DNA of 64,000 nucleotides from Alphaproteobacteria bacterium (GCA_965656255.1 CBFHJI010000001.1:8505-72504), one strand, 5' to 3'. Counted from the stretch's first letter, positions 31,669-41,743 are shown. Translations and numbers: made by a program. The notes: generated by a model not told the origin, from the sequence alone.

Positions 31669-32118
31669 ATGCTAGACCGTATAAAAAACCTATTTGCTAA
31701 TGTGGAACCCAGCAAAGCTGAGCCAAGCTTTGATGTCGCTCACATGGCTGCCGCAGTTCTTTTGGCCTATGCGGCCCAAGTGGATGGCAGCCTAGATCAG
31801 CACGAAGAAACAGTCCTCAAACGTATTACCGGACCAGCCTTTGGGCTGTCTGAAGACGAGGCCGCAAGCCTCATCGCGCTTGCAAGCGCAAATGCTGAGA
31901 CGGCTAATGATTTGTTCCAGTGGACCAATATCATTAATAGCCAATTTGAATATGAGCACAAATTGCATTTAATGGAGCTCTTGTGGCAGGTTGTGGACGC
32001 GGATGGTATTGTGGATGATTATGAAGCAAACTTGATGCGACGCATTGCAGGGCTTATACATGTTTCAGATAAAGACAGCGCAATCGCACGTCAGAATGCC
32101 CGAAAAACAAATGCCTAA
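31669..32118 (+). CDS. TerB-family (tellurite-resistance TerB-like) protein
   Basis: Two helical repeats with the D.DG pattern (AAQVDGSLDQHEE, VVDADGIVDDYEANL). Confidence 0.55.
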   Translation: MLDRIKNLFANVEPSKAEPSFDVAHMAAAVLLAYAAQVDGSLDQHEETVLKRITGPAFGLSEDEAASLIALASANAETANDLFQWTNIINSQFEYEHKLHLMELLWQVVDADGIVDDYEANLMRRIAGLIHVSDKDSAIARQNARKTNA

Positions 32119-32154
32119 TCTAGAATATATGAAATTGGGGAAGGGAAAATATAA

Positions 32155-32493
32155 ATGACCTATGTTGTGACCGAAGCATGCATTAAGTGCAAATACACAG
32201 ACTGCGTAGAAGTTTGCCCCGTTGATTGTTTTTATGAGGGCGAAAACATGTTGGTTATTCATCCCGATGAATGCATTGATTGCGGTGTTTGTGAACCCGA
32301 ATGCCCCGCTGACGCGATTAAAGCCGACACAGAAGCTGGGCTTGATAAATGGATCGAGGTCAATGCCAAATATGCTGAGACATGGCCGAATATAACAATG
32401 AAAAAAGATGCGCCAGCTGATGCGGATGACTTTTTGAATACACCAGATAAATTTGCCACTTTATTTAGCGACGCACCCGGAGAAGGGGATTAA
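32155..32493 (+). CDS. fdxA: 7Fe ferredoxin (3Fe-4S + 4Fe-4S)
   Basis: [18 protein letters not shown] and [12 protein letters not shown] cluster motifs. Confidence 0.9.
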   Translation: MTYVVTEACIKCKYTDCVEVCPVDCFYEGENMLVIHPDECIDCGVCEPECPADAIKADTEAGLDKWIEVNAKYAETWPNITMKKDAPADADDFLNTPDKFATLFSDAPGEGD

Positions 32494-32551
32494 TCGTCAA
32501 CGATTGAAATACCGCTCTTTTTCTGATATAATCCTTAAATATATGTTAGAT

Positions 32552-32584
32552 GCCGCATCAATCAGGGTGCGGCTTCCTTATTTT
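32552..32584 (+). terminator. Candidate intrinsic terminator after fdxA
   Basis: GCCGCA-(10 nt loop)-TGCGGC followed by TTCCTTATTTT. Confidence 0.5.
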
Positions 32585-32788
32585 ATGATGAAACCGTTAT
32601 TGCTCAGAAGATAGCTCACAAATAGAGCGCTGATGAGCATGTCGCCTTAGGGTAATATGCATCCAGAGCTAAAGCTCGAAAGAAATCGTTTTGGTTGATC
32701 AGAACAAGCTTTCAATGCATTAAACTGCTTTAAGACGACGCTTAAAGACACTGAGTCTTAAGTTTTAGGTGTTTGAAGGAGATTGATT

Positions 32789-33958
32789 ATGGCAACGAAA
32801 AAACCAACATCGAAAGCAACACCAAAAAGCAAAACACTTCCAAAAACTGCGGCCAAGGCTGTAAAAGCCAAAAAACCGATTGATAAAAAATCTGTCACGA
32901 AGAAGCCCGCAGCCAAGCCAACGGCGGCAAAGAAAACAGCCACGAAGAAGCCTGTAACCCCTAAAGTATCTGCAACAAAAACGCCTCCGAAAGCAACATC
33001 AGTGAAAACTTCAGCACCTAAGAAAACAACACCAAAAGCAACAGCGACAAAAAAAGTACAGAAACCGGCACCTGCAAAGGCCACCACAAAAAAGCCAGAA
33101 GCTAAAAAACCTGCCCCAAAGGCGGCGCCAAAGGCAGCCCCTAAAAAAACAAACGCCAAAATAGAGGACAAAAAGCCTAAAGCAAAAGTAGCTGCAAAAG
33201 CACCTGCTAAAAAGGCGCCCTCCAAAAGACCTCCAACCAAAGCCAGTGTTGCCAAAGCATTTAAAGAAGCGATTAAAGCTCAACCGCGCGTCTTTAAAAA
33301 AGAGAATCTTACAACAAAATCAGCGATTAAGTCCGCGAATGCCTCAAAAGAGACTAAGCCAGTCGAGGTAAAAAAACCAGAAGCCAAGGTTGCCCCGAAG
33401 CTAAGCGTTATATCTGACAAAAAAGTGTCCCAAGGCTTTCGCGTCAATGAATATATTGTCTATCCCGCGCATGGTGTTGGCCAGATCACCGAGATCAGCA
33501 CTAGTGAAATTGCCGGCATTACCCTTGAGCTCTTTGTTATACATTTTGAAAAAGAAAAAATGACCCTTCGTGTGCCGCTTGAAAAAGCGAAAATGAATGG
33601 GATGCGTAAACTTGCTGATAAAGATATGCTAGAGAATGCACTCAAAACATTGCGCGGCCGGGCAAGAATCAAACGCACCATGTGGAGCCGTCGCGCCCAG
33701 GAATATGAAGCAAAAATTAACTCAGGCGATATTATCGCTATTTCAGAAGTGGTGCGCGACCTCTATAGAAATGAAAATCAACCCGAACAAAGCTACTCAG
33801 AACGCCAGCTATATGAAGCTGCGCTTGAGCGTTTAGCGCGGGAATATGGCACTATTCGGAAAATTACCGATGGGGAAGCAATTATAGAACTTGAATCTAT
33901 TCTTGCTAAAACAACTGGAACAAGCTCAAAGGCTGTCGATTCTGAGGAAACTGAATAA
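32789..33958 (+). CDS. carD: CarD/CdnL family RNAP-binding regulator with ~212-aa Lys/Ala/Pro/Thr-rich N-terminal extension
   Basis: The C-terminal 177 residues are canonical CarD (FRVNEYIVYPAHGVGQITEI...WSRRAQEYEAKINSGD). AAGGAG lies 7 nt before ATG 32789. The low-complexity basic region is in frame with no stop. An alternative short start is GTG 33425, which has no SD. Confidence 0.75.
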   Translation: MATKKPTSKATPKSKTLPKTAAKAVKAKKPIDKKSVTKKPAAKPTAAKKTATKKPVTPKVSATKTPPKATSVKTSAPKKTTPKATATKKVQKPAPAKATTKKPEAKKPAPKAAPKAAPKKTNAKIEDKKPKAKVAAKAPAKKAPSKRPPTKASVAKAFKEAIKAQPRVFKKENLTTKSAIKSANASKETKPVEVKKPEAKVAPKLSVISDKKVSQGFRVNEYIVYPAHGVGQITEISTSEIAGITLELFVIHFEKEKMTLRVPLEKAKMNGMRKLADKDMLENALKTLRGRARIKRTMWSRRAQEYEAKINSGDIIAISEVVRDLYRNENQPEQSYSERQLYEAALERLAREYGTIRKITDGEAIIELESILAKTTGTSSKAVDSEETE

Positions 33959-34074
33959 TTATTAACCCCCACCGCCTGCAGCTGTTGCTTAATCCGATTT
34001 AATTATAAATTCGCAAATAAAATGTGAACCATTTGCTCTGCCATTACGTAAACCTTAACAAAGGAGATTGCGTT

Positions 34075-34962
34075 ATGGCTTTAGTTGAAATGGAAGAAAT
34101 CCAAACAGCAAACCAGAGGTTTGTGCGCCGTGCGATGAAACTCGAATTGCTTGAATTGGAAGATGAGCAAGAACTTGCGCGATTGTGGGTGGAAGAGCGC
34201 GATGAAAAAGCGCTCCACAAGCTGACTAGTGCGCACATGCGCCTTGTGATCTCCATGGCCGGTAAATTTAAGAATTATGGCCTGGCCATGTCCGACCTCA
34301 TTCAAGAAGGCAATATTGGTCTAATGCGCGCTGCTGAGCGGTTTGACTGTGCACGCGAGGTCCGCTTTTCAACCTATGCCGGATGGTGGATCCGAGCCGC
34401 CATTCAGGATTTTGTTTTGCGCAATTGGTCGATTGTTCGCACAGGAACCACTGCATCTCAAAAGTCCTTATTCTTTAACTTACGCCGTCTGCGCGCGAAA
34501 ATTAATGATAATGGCACCTATATGTCCGATGCCAGCCGCGATTATATCGGGCAAACATTAGGCGTTAAACAATCAGACATTATAATGATGGAAGGCCGCA
34601 TGTCAGGCCAAGATCGCTCGCTCAATGCGCCAATGACCAATGATAGCGATAATGGGCAAATTGAATGGCAAGATACATTAACCTGTGATCGACCAGTGCC
34701 AGAGGAAGAAGTAGCTGTGCGCATGGATGGTGAGAAATGCAAAGATATTTTGCATAATGCTTTAAGCACATTATCGCCCCGGGAAGTTACCATTATTAAA
34801 GCGCGGCGGATGAATGATGAAAGCCGAACCCTCGATGATTTGGGTAAAGAATTAGGCGTATCCAAAGAGCGCGTTCGTCAGATCGAACACGAAGCACTTA
34901 GCAAGCTTAAGTCCTTTATTATGGCTGATGACGGTGGGCGCATCCTAGAACAAATGCTTTAA
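34075..34962 (+). CDS. rpoH: RNA polymerase sigma-32 (heat-shock sigma factor)
   Basis: RpoH box SQKSLFFNLRRLR and sigma70 regions 2-4. AAGGAG SD upstream of ATG 34075. Confidence 0.9.
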   Translation: MALVEMEEIQTANQRFVRRAMKLELLELEDEQELARLWVEERDEKALHKLTSAHMRLVISMAGKFKNYGLAMSDLIQEGNIGLMRAAERFDCAREVRFSTYAGWWIRAAIQDFVLRNWSIVRTGTTASQKSLFFNLRRLRAKINDNGTYMSDASRDYIGQTLGVKQSDIIMMEGRMSGQDRSLNAPMTNDSDNGQIEWQDTLTCDRPVPEEEVAVRMDGEKCKDILHNALSTLSPREVTIIKARRMNDESRTLDDLGKELGVSKERVRQIEHEALSKLKSFIMADDGGRILEQML

Positions 34963-34972
34963 GGCATAAAAC

Positions 34973-36457
34973 TCAGTAAATTGTCTTTAGTTGCTGACCG
35001 ACTTTCAGCTTATCTAAATTCGATAGGCCATTAAGGACCCTAAACCTCTCGATATGTTGATCCGGGACCATCATGGCATTGGCCAATTTTGAGATCGTAT
35101 CACCTTTTTGAACTGTGATGACTTTAACTCTTAAGGGTTGTGGGCTCGGCACTGGGAATTTACTTCTGACTTTTATCGCGTTCATAACATCGTCTAAAAC
35201 ACGACCCTTATCGTCTACCTTCATGCGGGTTAGAAAACGGAATATGGTTCCACCCTCGCCATTAATAGCCAAGACATGATAATGCTGGTTCTTCTTAACA
35301 GTATAGGCACGTACCGCTTCATAACCTGATACGCGCAATGTCTTTACATTTAGACGGCTATCCCCCACCCATTGTTTGCGCATATATTGTGCTAAATCAT
35401 CTTGACTGGATGGCGCATCTACCATTTTGGCAATATCAAAGACGATGACCCGATCATCTGAGCCGATTGCCGCGACACGCTCTTTTCCATTGATCAGTTT
35501 AAAGCCATCAGGAACATCAAAATAAACTTTAAGCTCGGGGTGAATGAAAGCACGACCGCGCACAAAACCCTCATGAGGACTATCACCATAAGCAATGCCG
35601 TCGATTGCTTTAAAATGTGATTCACGGCCGACAATCAGGTGATCACGTCCAAGCGCATAAGATGTCGCCAAGCCGCGGGCACGCGCAACACGGTCTTTCG
35701 TATTTGGATGCGTTGAAAACCAGTCTGAACCAACCGGAAGATCACGACTAGCTAATTTATTTTGGAACTCTGTTTGCCGTCCCAGACTTTCAAGAAAGTC
35801 GGCGGCACTTTTAGGTTGATAACCGGCTCGGAAACTTGTCTGAAGACCCAAGCTATCCGCTTCATATTCTTGGCTACGGCTAAAGCCTGCGACCGCCGCA
35901 TTACCGCCAAAATTAAGAAGTTCGGCAATCGCATCGCCGCTGCCGGGCACTTGGGCATTGGCAACACCTCCCAAAATACCAGCCACCACGGCTGTTCCTA
36001 CGGCAGCCGTGTGGCGCTGAGCGGAATGACGCGCGGTCACATGCGCAATTTCATGGCCAACAACGCCTGCAACTTCTGCTTCATTATTGGCAAGAGCCAA
36101 AAGGCCTCGCGTGACATATGTGTAACCATTGGGCAAGGCAAAAGCATTGACAGCGGGTGAGTCGAGCACGGTAATCTTAAACTTACGATCAGGACGCTCC
36201 GAGGCCGTCGCTATTTTTTTCATAATGGTTTCAACATAAGCTGCAACAGCCGGGTTCTCATAAACGCCGCCATATTGGGCAATAATTTTACCATGTTGCT
36301 CTGTGCTGACTTTGGCTTCCTGAGCCTCACTCATAAGCGTATATTGAGGTCCACACCCACCTAAATAAAGCAAAGAAAATAAGAGTATGAGGCAATTTAT
36401 ATAATAAATAACACCAGAAGGGGTTTGCTCTCTTACCAATTTATGTGATCGCATCAT
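34973..36457 (-). CDS. M48 family metallopeptidase lipoprotein with C-terminal LysM domain
   Basis: Lipobox-like LLYLGGC, zinc motif HEIAHV and a C-terminal LysM (GDTISKLANAM...LNGLSNLDKLKVGQQLK). Confidence 0.8.
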   Translation of the reverse strand: MMRSHKLVREQTPSGVIYYINCLILLFSLLYLGGCGPQYTLMSEAQEAKVSTEQHGKIIAQYGGVYENPAVAAYVETIMKKIATASERPDRKFKITVLDSPAVNAFALPNGYTYVTRGLLALANNEAEVAGVVGHEIAHVTARHSAQRHTAAVGTAVVAGILGGVANAQVPGSGDAIAELLNFGGNAAVAGFSRSQEYEADSLGLQTSFRAGYQPKSAADFLESLGRQTEFQNKLASRDLPVGSDWFSTHPNTKDRVARARGLATSYALGRDHLIVGRESHFKAIDGIAYGDSPHEGFVRGRAFIHPELKVYFDVPDGFKLINGKERVAAIGSDDRVIVFDIAKMVDAPSSQDDLAQYMRKQWVGDSRLNVKTLRVSGYEAVRAYTVKKNQHYHVLAINGEGGTIFRFLTRMKVDDKGRVLDDVMNAIKVRSKFPVPSPQPLRVKVITVQKGDTISKLANAMMVPDQHIERFRVLNGLSNLDKLKVGQQLKTIY

Positions 36458-36588
36458 GTATCACCTCATCTTTATTCGACGCTTGCCTCACAGCGGGGTT
36501 TATAATCGACTCTTCACGATCATTCACAACCATGTATACGGGCGGTCATTCGCTTCGTTAACTTTAACAAAAATTGCGCTTCGTTTTT

Positions 36589-36618
36589 TTGACTTATAGC
36601 ACGAAAAAAAGATATGGT
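36589..36618 (+). promoter_or_regulatory. Candidate sigma70-type promoter for tRNA-Arg
   Basis: TTGACT (36589-36594), an 18-nt spacer and TATGGT (36613-36618), ending 8 nt before the tRNA 5' end. Confidence 0.3.
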
Positions 36619-36626
36619 TCCAGTAA

Positions 36627-36703
36627 GGTCCCGTAGCTCAGCAGGATAGAGCACCAGATTCCTAATCTGGGGGTCGGTAGTTCGAATCTACCCGGGATCA
36701 CCA
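36627..36703 (+). tRNA. tRNA-Arg (anticodon CCT)
   Basis: The cloverleaf folds by hand. Acceptor GGTCCCG/CGGGATC, anticodon stem CCAGA/TCTGG with loop TTCCTAA, T arm GGTAG-TTCGAAT-CTACC, encoded CCA. Confidence 0.9.
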
Positions 36704-36768
36704 CATAGGCCATAACGTCGATACAAAGGCTCATTGGCTTTTAAAAAGCGCTAGACTATATAAAGAAT

Positions 36769-37389
36769 ATGACAAAATCTAAGAATCCACCCCCACTTCT
36801 CGACTGCTTAGACGACTTACCAGGATCTTTTGACTACGCTTGGCATATGCTGGTCAATGGTGCGCGCAATCGGCGCAGCCCCTTTCATACACCCACGGTC
36901 GCGACAATAGACCAATCAGGCATGCCCCAAATTCGTACAGTCGTGCTGAGAGATGCAAATGCCAAAGAAGCTTGGCTGCGATTCAACACCGATAAGCGTT
37001 CACAAAAATTGGAAGAGATCGCGCGCCATCACGAGGGTGCAATGCACTTCTATGATGCTGATGAAAAGATTCAGCTGCGAGTTGCATGTCAATTCAGGCG
37101 TGCCACTGAAGAAGAATGTGATGCAATATGGGAAAAAACCCCAAGCATGAGCCGCGAATGCTATCAAGTCATTCAAGCGCCAGGCACCATTATAAGTGAC
37201 CCCTTAGACATTTCTTTTGACAGAGATGATGACAGAGAAGGACGGGTTAATTTCCAACCCATATTTGCTCAAGTTCATTCAATTGAGTGGCTCTATCTGG
37301 CCGCTTCTGGACATCGACGCGCGCTTTTTAAGATGAATAATGTCGATGCACAACAGTATAGCGTCGATATGCAATGGCTCGTGCCATAG
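36769..37389 (+). CDS. Pyridoxamine 5'-phosphate oxidase-like FMN-binding family protein
   Basis: The pattern RSPFHTPTVATID...PQIRTVVLR... resembles the PNPOx-like split-barrel family. Assignment is from memory. Confidence 0.55.
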   Translation: MTKSKNPPPLLDCLDDLPGSFDYAWHMLVNGARNRRSPFHTPTVATIDQSGMPQIRTVVLRDANAKEAWLRFNTDKRSQKLEEIARHHEGAMHFYDADEKIQLRVACQFRRATEEECDAIWEKTPSMSRECYQVIQAPGTIISDPLDISFDRDDDREGRVNFQPIFAQVHSIEWLYLAASGHRRALFKMNNVDAQQYSVDMQWLVP

Positions 37390-37478
37390 CGATCATTTGT
37401 CACCTTTATTATGACTGAGGGCAATCTATATTGCCATGCAAGGTGTGAAATTCATATTTGTTCTAAAGGAGTAAGTTT

Positions 37479-37880
37479 ATGATCTTATCTAAGTCTTCTA
37501 CCTTAGCCCTCACTTTAATGCTCGGTTTAATAAGCTCGGGTGCAATGACTTCTGCAAAAGCGGCCGACCTCGCAAAGGGCGAGAGTGTTTATAAGAAATG
37601 CGTGGCCTGCCACATGGTTGGTGATGGCGCCAAAAACCGCGTTGGTCCTCAACTCAATGGCATTGTCGGGCGCCCAATTGCAAGCGTAGATGGTTATACC
37701 TACTCTTCCGGCATGAAGGATTATGCAAAAGCCCAAGTCGTTTGGTCAGAAGAAGCATTGGCGACTTATCTAGAGAACCCACGTAAAACCGTGAAGGGAA
37801 CGCGCATGTCATTTGCTGGACTGCGCAAAGAAAGTGATCGAGAAAATGTTATTGCTTACCTAAAGCAGTTTAGCGAATAA
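37479..37880 (+). CDS. Periplasmic class I c-type cytochrome (c2-like)
   Basis: Signal peptide, haem motif CVACH and a distal Met context (GTRMSFAGL). Confidence 0.85.
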   Translation: MILSKSSTLALTLMLGLISSGAMTSAKAADLAKGESVYKKCVACHMVGDGAKNRVGPQLNGIVGRPIASVDGYTYSSGMKDYAKAQVVWSEEALATYLENPRKTVKGTRMSFAGLRKESDRENVIAYLKQFSE

Positions 37881-37904
37881 ATCACTTAAGAATTAATTAC
37901 TAAA

Positions 37905-37935
37905 ATAAAAGGGCCGCAAATTGCGGCCCTTCTTA
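37905..37935. terminator. Bidirectional intrinsic terminator between convergent cytochrome c and thiolase genes
   Basis: Perfect palindrome AAGGGCCGCAA-A-TTGCGGCCCTT flanked by A/T-rich tracts. Confidence 0.6.
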
Positions 37936-37961
37936 ATTCTATCTGATCAAATAATCAGTTC

Positions 37962-39128
37962 TTATTTTAGACGCTCTAGAATAGATACATAATTGGCGAC
38001 AGCAGCGCCACCCATGTTAAAAACGCCAGCTATTTTTGCGTCTTTGACCTGCATCTCACCTGCATCATCCATTAATTGGCGAGCAGCCATCACATGCATT
38101 GAAACACCTGTTGCGCCAACAGGGTGCCCTTTGGCTTTCAAGCCACCCGATGCATTAATGGGTAGCTTTCCGTCCTTATAAACCCAACCCTCTTTGAGGG
38201 CCGTTGCGCCCTCACCAGGCTTTGTCAAACCCATTGCCTCATATTGAATGAGCTCAGCAATGGTAAAGCAGTCATGGGTTTCAACCAAAGACAAGTCATT
38301 CAGTGTTAGGCCGGCATCGCTTAAGCCTTTGCGCCATGCTGTTGCAGGGCCCTCAAACGCAATGACATCACGCTTGGACATTGGCAAATAATCATTGGCT
38401 TGAGCGCGCGCCCGAATAGCAATTGCCTTGTCATGGCTTTTTGCCGTCTCTTCGTCTGTAAGCACAACCGCTGCGGCACCATCTGATATCATCGAGCAGT
38501 CTGTCCGCTTCAAAGGACCTGCAACAATCGGATTTTTCTCTGACTCGGTACGACAAAACTCATACCCAAAATCCTTCTGCATATGGGCGAGAGGATTGAC
38601 GCTGCCATTTTTATGATTTTTTGCAGCAATCTGGGCCAAAGCATCGCTGTGGTCTCCATATTGCTGAAAATATTTACCAGCAACGACCCCAAAAATACCA
38701 GGGAAGGTAAGGCCTTGGCTTCCTTCTTCGGGCATGTAACTTGCGCGAGACAGACACGTACCAACATCGCCGCTCGACAAATGTGTCATTTTCTCAACAC
38801 CAATGGCAAGAACGCGGCGTGCGTGCCCGGCCTCAATCAAATTCGCGGCCTGAAACACAGCTGCGGATCCTGTTCCACATGCATTCTCAACACGTGTTGC
38901 TGGGAGGAAACGAAATGCATCGCTCACCTGGAGTGCCATAGATGAAATAAAATCTTGCTCGGACATGCCGGCATTAAATGTCCCGACGTAAATAGCATCA
39001 ATATCTGATGCCTCAAGACCCGCATCCGCGAGCGCTTCGGTCGCCGCCGCAACCAAAAGCTCTTCAAGTCCTTGGTCTTCTAATTTACCAAATTTCGTAT
39101 GTCCCCAACCCACCATGCAAACAGTCAT
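37962..39128 (-). CDS. Thiolase-fold protein (SCP-x / non-specific lipid-transfer-type thiolase)
   Basis: Thiolase active-site contexts (VENACGTGSAA, ETHDCF, NASGGLKAKGHPVGATG). Start chosen at MTVCMVGWG after GGAGA. Confidence 0.8.
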   Translation of the reverse strand: MTVCMVGWGHTKFGKLEDQGLEELLVAAATEALADAGLEASDIDAIYVGTFNAGMSEQDFISSMALQVSDAFRFLPATRVENACGTGSAAVFQAANLIEAGHARRVLAIGVEKMTHLSSGDVGTCLSRASYMPEEGSQGLTFPGIFGVVAGKYFQQYGDHSDALAQIAAKNHKNGSVNPLAHMQKDFGYEFCRTESEKNPIVAGPLKRTDCSMISDGAAAVVLTDEETAKSHDKAIAIRARAQANDYLPMSKRDVIAFEGPATAWRKGLSDAGLTLNDLSLVETHDCFTIAELIQYEAMGLTKPGEGATALKEGWVYKDGKLPINASGGLKAKGHPVGATGVSMHVMAARQLMDDAGEMQVKDAKIAGVFNMGGAAVANYVSILERLK

Positions 39129-39215
39129 ATTGTTCTCCACTAATTCAAGCTTTCCAGCTGCTTTGGTCATACTTATACTGCATTCTAGAACATTACCCAA
39201 TAGGTGCGAAGTCAA

Positions 39216-40193
39216 ATGACATATAAAAGAAAACCAAGCTCAGTTTCGCCAGATCAAATCACATCTATTTTGCTTATAAAACTAGGCGCCTTTGGTGATA
39301 TGGTTTTTGCCGACGGGGTTATGCGCCTTATTCGCAGTCATTACAAAAATGCTCAAATCACACTTTTAACAGAACCATTTTACGCCAAACTCTGGGCAAA
39401 TGCGCCTTATATTGACGGCACAATGCAAGACAAAAGAGATTCACGTTTTAACCTAATGGCCATGCGCCGTCTTAAAAAACAACTTATTAAGAGGAAGTTC
39501 GATCTGGTTATCGACCTTCAAAATAGCCCAAGAAGTCGTCAATATCGCGGCTGGCTTAAAAATAGTATTCTCTGCGGCAAACAAGAACCAGCCGATTATG
39601 TTTATCAGCAAGACGTCCATAAAGCTCAGTCGGTTGCCGATGTGCTTGCAGAACAAATTGCCCTTCTCGATATTCATACTGAAAATAATTATGAACCCGA
39701 TATGAACTGGCTGGGGAAAGCGGCGCAAGAAACACACGCCTTATCGGAATGTGCAAATAGCATTCAAGAAAAGTCTATTTTGCTTGTGCCTGGCGCTTCA
39801 GCGCGCAATGCAGATAAGCGCTGGCCGCATTTCGCTGCGCTCATCAATCTTCTGACGGAACATGGTTGGCACTGTTATACAGCACCAGGACCCGATGAAA
39901 TTGACCTATGCGCATCCCTACCCTGCACAAGTCTTCTCCTCGATGGAAAGCCGCTTACATTTGCAGAACTTGCCATGATAAGTCAGCGCTTTGCCTATGT
40001 GGTTGGCAATGATACTGGGCCCAGCCATTTGGTGGCGGCCTGTCAAAGACCCAGCCTGATTTTGTTAGGAGCGCGCGGGCAACCCGATCGCATCCGCATC
40101 AATAATATGATGCATTTCCTACAAACCGAAGACATCAGCGGTCTTTCACCAGAGGAGGTCTTTGCCGACCTCATGGATCGCTTACCTCAATAA
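39216..40193 (+). CDS. Glycosyltransferase family 9 (heptosyltransferase-like)
   Basis: ILLIKLGAFGDMV N-terminus and C-terminal GNDTGPSHL motif, typical of GT9. Confidence 0.75.
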   Translation: MTYKRKPSSVSPDQITSILLIKLGAFGDMVFADGVMRLIRSHYKNAQITLLTEPFYAKLWANAPYIDGTMQDKRDSRFNLMAMRRLKKQLIKRKFDLVIDLQNSPRSRQYRGWLKNSILCGKQEPADYVYQQDVHKAQSVADVLAEQIALLDIHTENNYEPDMNWLGKAAQETHALSECANSIQEKSILLVPGASARNADKRWPHFAALINLLTEHGWHCYTAPGPDEIDLCASLPCTSLLLDGKPLTFAELAMISQRFAYVVGNDTGPSHLVAACQRPSLILLGARGQPDRIRINNMMHFLQTEDISGLSPEEVFADLMDRLPQ

Positions 40194-40576
40194 TCTTTAT
40201 ATGATTTTTCTTCGATAATGCGCGCGCCTGTCGCCAGATTGATTTCTTTTTTGAGGGCGGCACGTTTATCATTTGTGATATAGACCGATCGGGCGAGCTG
40301 AATAAATTTATCGCCAAAATCACTTTCGGACTCGCAATCGCGAATATCATCTTCAATTTCCCAAAGTGCTTCATTGACCGTTTTGAGAGCGTCAGTAAGT
40401 CGTTTAATCTCCTCTGACGCAGGCACATGACGATTGCATGTTTCTTCCAAGACACCCAATTCGAAACGAATATTTTTGAGCTTATCCGCATCTTCAATGC
40501 GTTCCGATTTAATGCGTAAAATCGTAATCTTATCAATAAGCTCGCCAGCACCCAACTCAACTAATATCTCACTCAT
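40187..40576 (-). CDS. Small acidic helical protein (DUF6165-like)
   Basis: GELIDKITILRIKSERI... resembles the DUF6165 family often found beside glycosyltransferases, recalled from memory. Preferred over the overlapping frame 40171..40560, which reads as junk. Confidence 0.5.
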   Translation of the reverse strand: MSEILVELGAGELIDKITILRIKSERIEDADKLKNIRFELGVLEETCNRHVPASEEIKRLTDALKTVNEALWEIEDDIRDCESESDFGDKFIQLARSVYITNDKRAALKKEINLATGARIIEEKSYKDY

Positions 40577-40709
40577 ATCATCGCCCCCATTTTAGATTAT
40601 CGACCTTTATACTCACGGCCTTCCTAGACTGGTTTATTGCCCAAGCAAATCAAACATGCCATAGTTTTTTAATAATAGTTTTCTTAATAATTAAGAAGGG
40701 AATTATAGC

Positions 40710-41678
40710 ATGAATCTTGGGCATCCAAAGTACACATACCAAAAAGGCCTACATCAAATTGGTAATGGCGCTTATGCATGGCTCCAGCCCGATGGTGGCT
40801 GGGGATGGTCAAACTCTGGCCTTGTGGTGGACGGTGATCAGTCGCTCGTTGTAGATACATTATTTGATGTTCCGCTGACCCAAGAAATGCTCAAAGCCTA
40901 TGCCGATGCTGCGCCAGCAGCTCAGAGTGTGAATAAAGTCATCAACACGCATCACAATGGAGATCACTGCAATGGCAATTGCTGTTGCCCTGACGCACAA
41001 ATCTTTGCGCATCGCGCCACGCACGCGCATATGCAGGCGGAACCACCACAATTGGTGCAAGGGTTTCTTGATGCGGCCCCAGAGCTTGGTGATCTCGGCG
41101 CCTATTTAACTCATTGCTTTGGACCATTTGATTTCAAGTCGGTCACTCAGAAACTCCCCGACCAATTATTCGATAAAGACACAGACATTTATGTTGGAGA
41201 CAAGCTCGTCCACATGCTCCATGTCGGACCTGCACACACACCAGGCGATACGCTTGTTTATGTGCCCGCAGATCGCACTGTATATACAGGCGATATTTTA
41301 TTCATTGGCGGACACCCCATCATATGGGAAGGCCCCGTCCAAAACTGGATCGATGCTTGCGATCGCATTTTGGCAATGGATGTTGAAACCATCGTGCCAG
41401 GCCATGGCCCCATCACTACGAAATACGGCGTTGAGCAAGTCAAGCTTTATCTCGAGACGCTCAAAGCCGAAGCCAAAAAACGTTATGATGCTGGGATGAG
41501 CTACCAAGAAACAGCTTTGGACTTAGCCCTTGATGTCTTTGATGACTGGGGGGACCGTGAACGACTTATGGTGAACTGCGCAACCCTATTCCGCGAATTT
41601 GGCAGTGATCATGAGCCTGAAGTTGCGGAACTGTTTGCCAGCATGGCCGCATATCGTCGCGCCAAAAACATTACCTAA
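40710..41678 (+). CDS. MBL-fold metallo-hydrolase
   Basis: Metal motif NTHHNGDH plus downstream His/Asp ligand contexts (HTPGD, GDILF, PGHGP). Confidence 0.8.
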   Translation: MNLGHPKYTYQKGLHQIGNGAYAWLQPDGGWGWSNSGLVVDGDQSLVVDTLFDVPLTQEMLKAYADAAPAAQSVNKVINTHHNGDHCNGNCCCPDAQIFAHRATHAHMQAEPPQLVQGFLDAAPELGDLGAYLTHCFGPFDFKSVTQKLPDQLFDKDTDIYVGDKLVHMLHVGPAHTPGDTLVYVPADRTVYTGDILFIGGHPIIWEGPVQNWIDACDRILAMDVETIVPGHGPITTKYGVEQVKLYLETLKAEAKKRYDAGMSYQETALDLALDVFDDWGDRERLMVNCATLFREFGSDHEPEVAELFASMAAYRRAKNIT

Positions 41679-41743
41679 ATTGCCTGGTCAAATCCTTCGC
41701 CTTTTAATGTTAGGCTTATCTATTAAGAAATGAATGTAAGTCA

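Noticed and set aside
31669-32118. TerB-family gene as a hint of a tellurite-resistance or stress island.
   Set aside because: It is a single small TerB-like gene with no terZABCDE, terY or associated kinase/phosphatase genes. It sits within the helicase-S4-fdxA-carD-rpoH core gene neighbourhood.
32758-33283. 165-aa and 90-aa minus-strand ORFs encoding Gly/Ala/Phe-rich hydrophobic proteins.
   Set aside because: They are antisense reflections of the AAG/GCN/CCN-rich codons of the CarD N-terminal tail. They have no SD. The sense frame is continuous with a bona fide CarD domain.
40171-40560. Alternative 129-aa minus-strand frame overlapping the DUF6165-like ORF.
   Set aside because: The translation looks random (Trp/Arg/Ser-rich, no amphipathic pattern). 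The 40187..40576 frame has a purine-rich SD-like sequence and family-like motifs.
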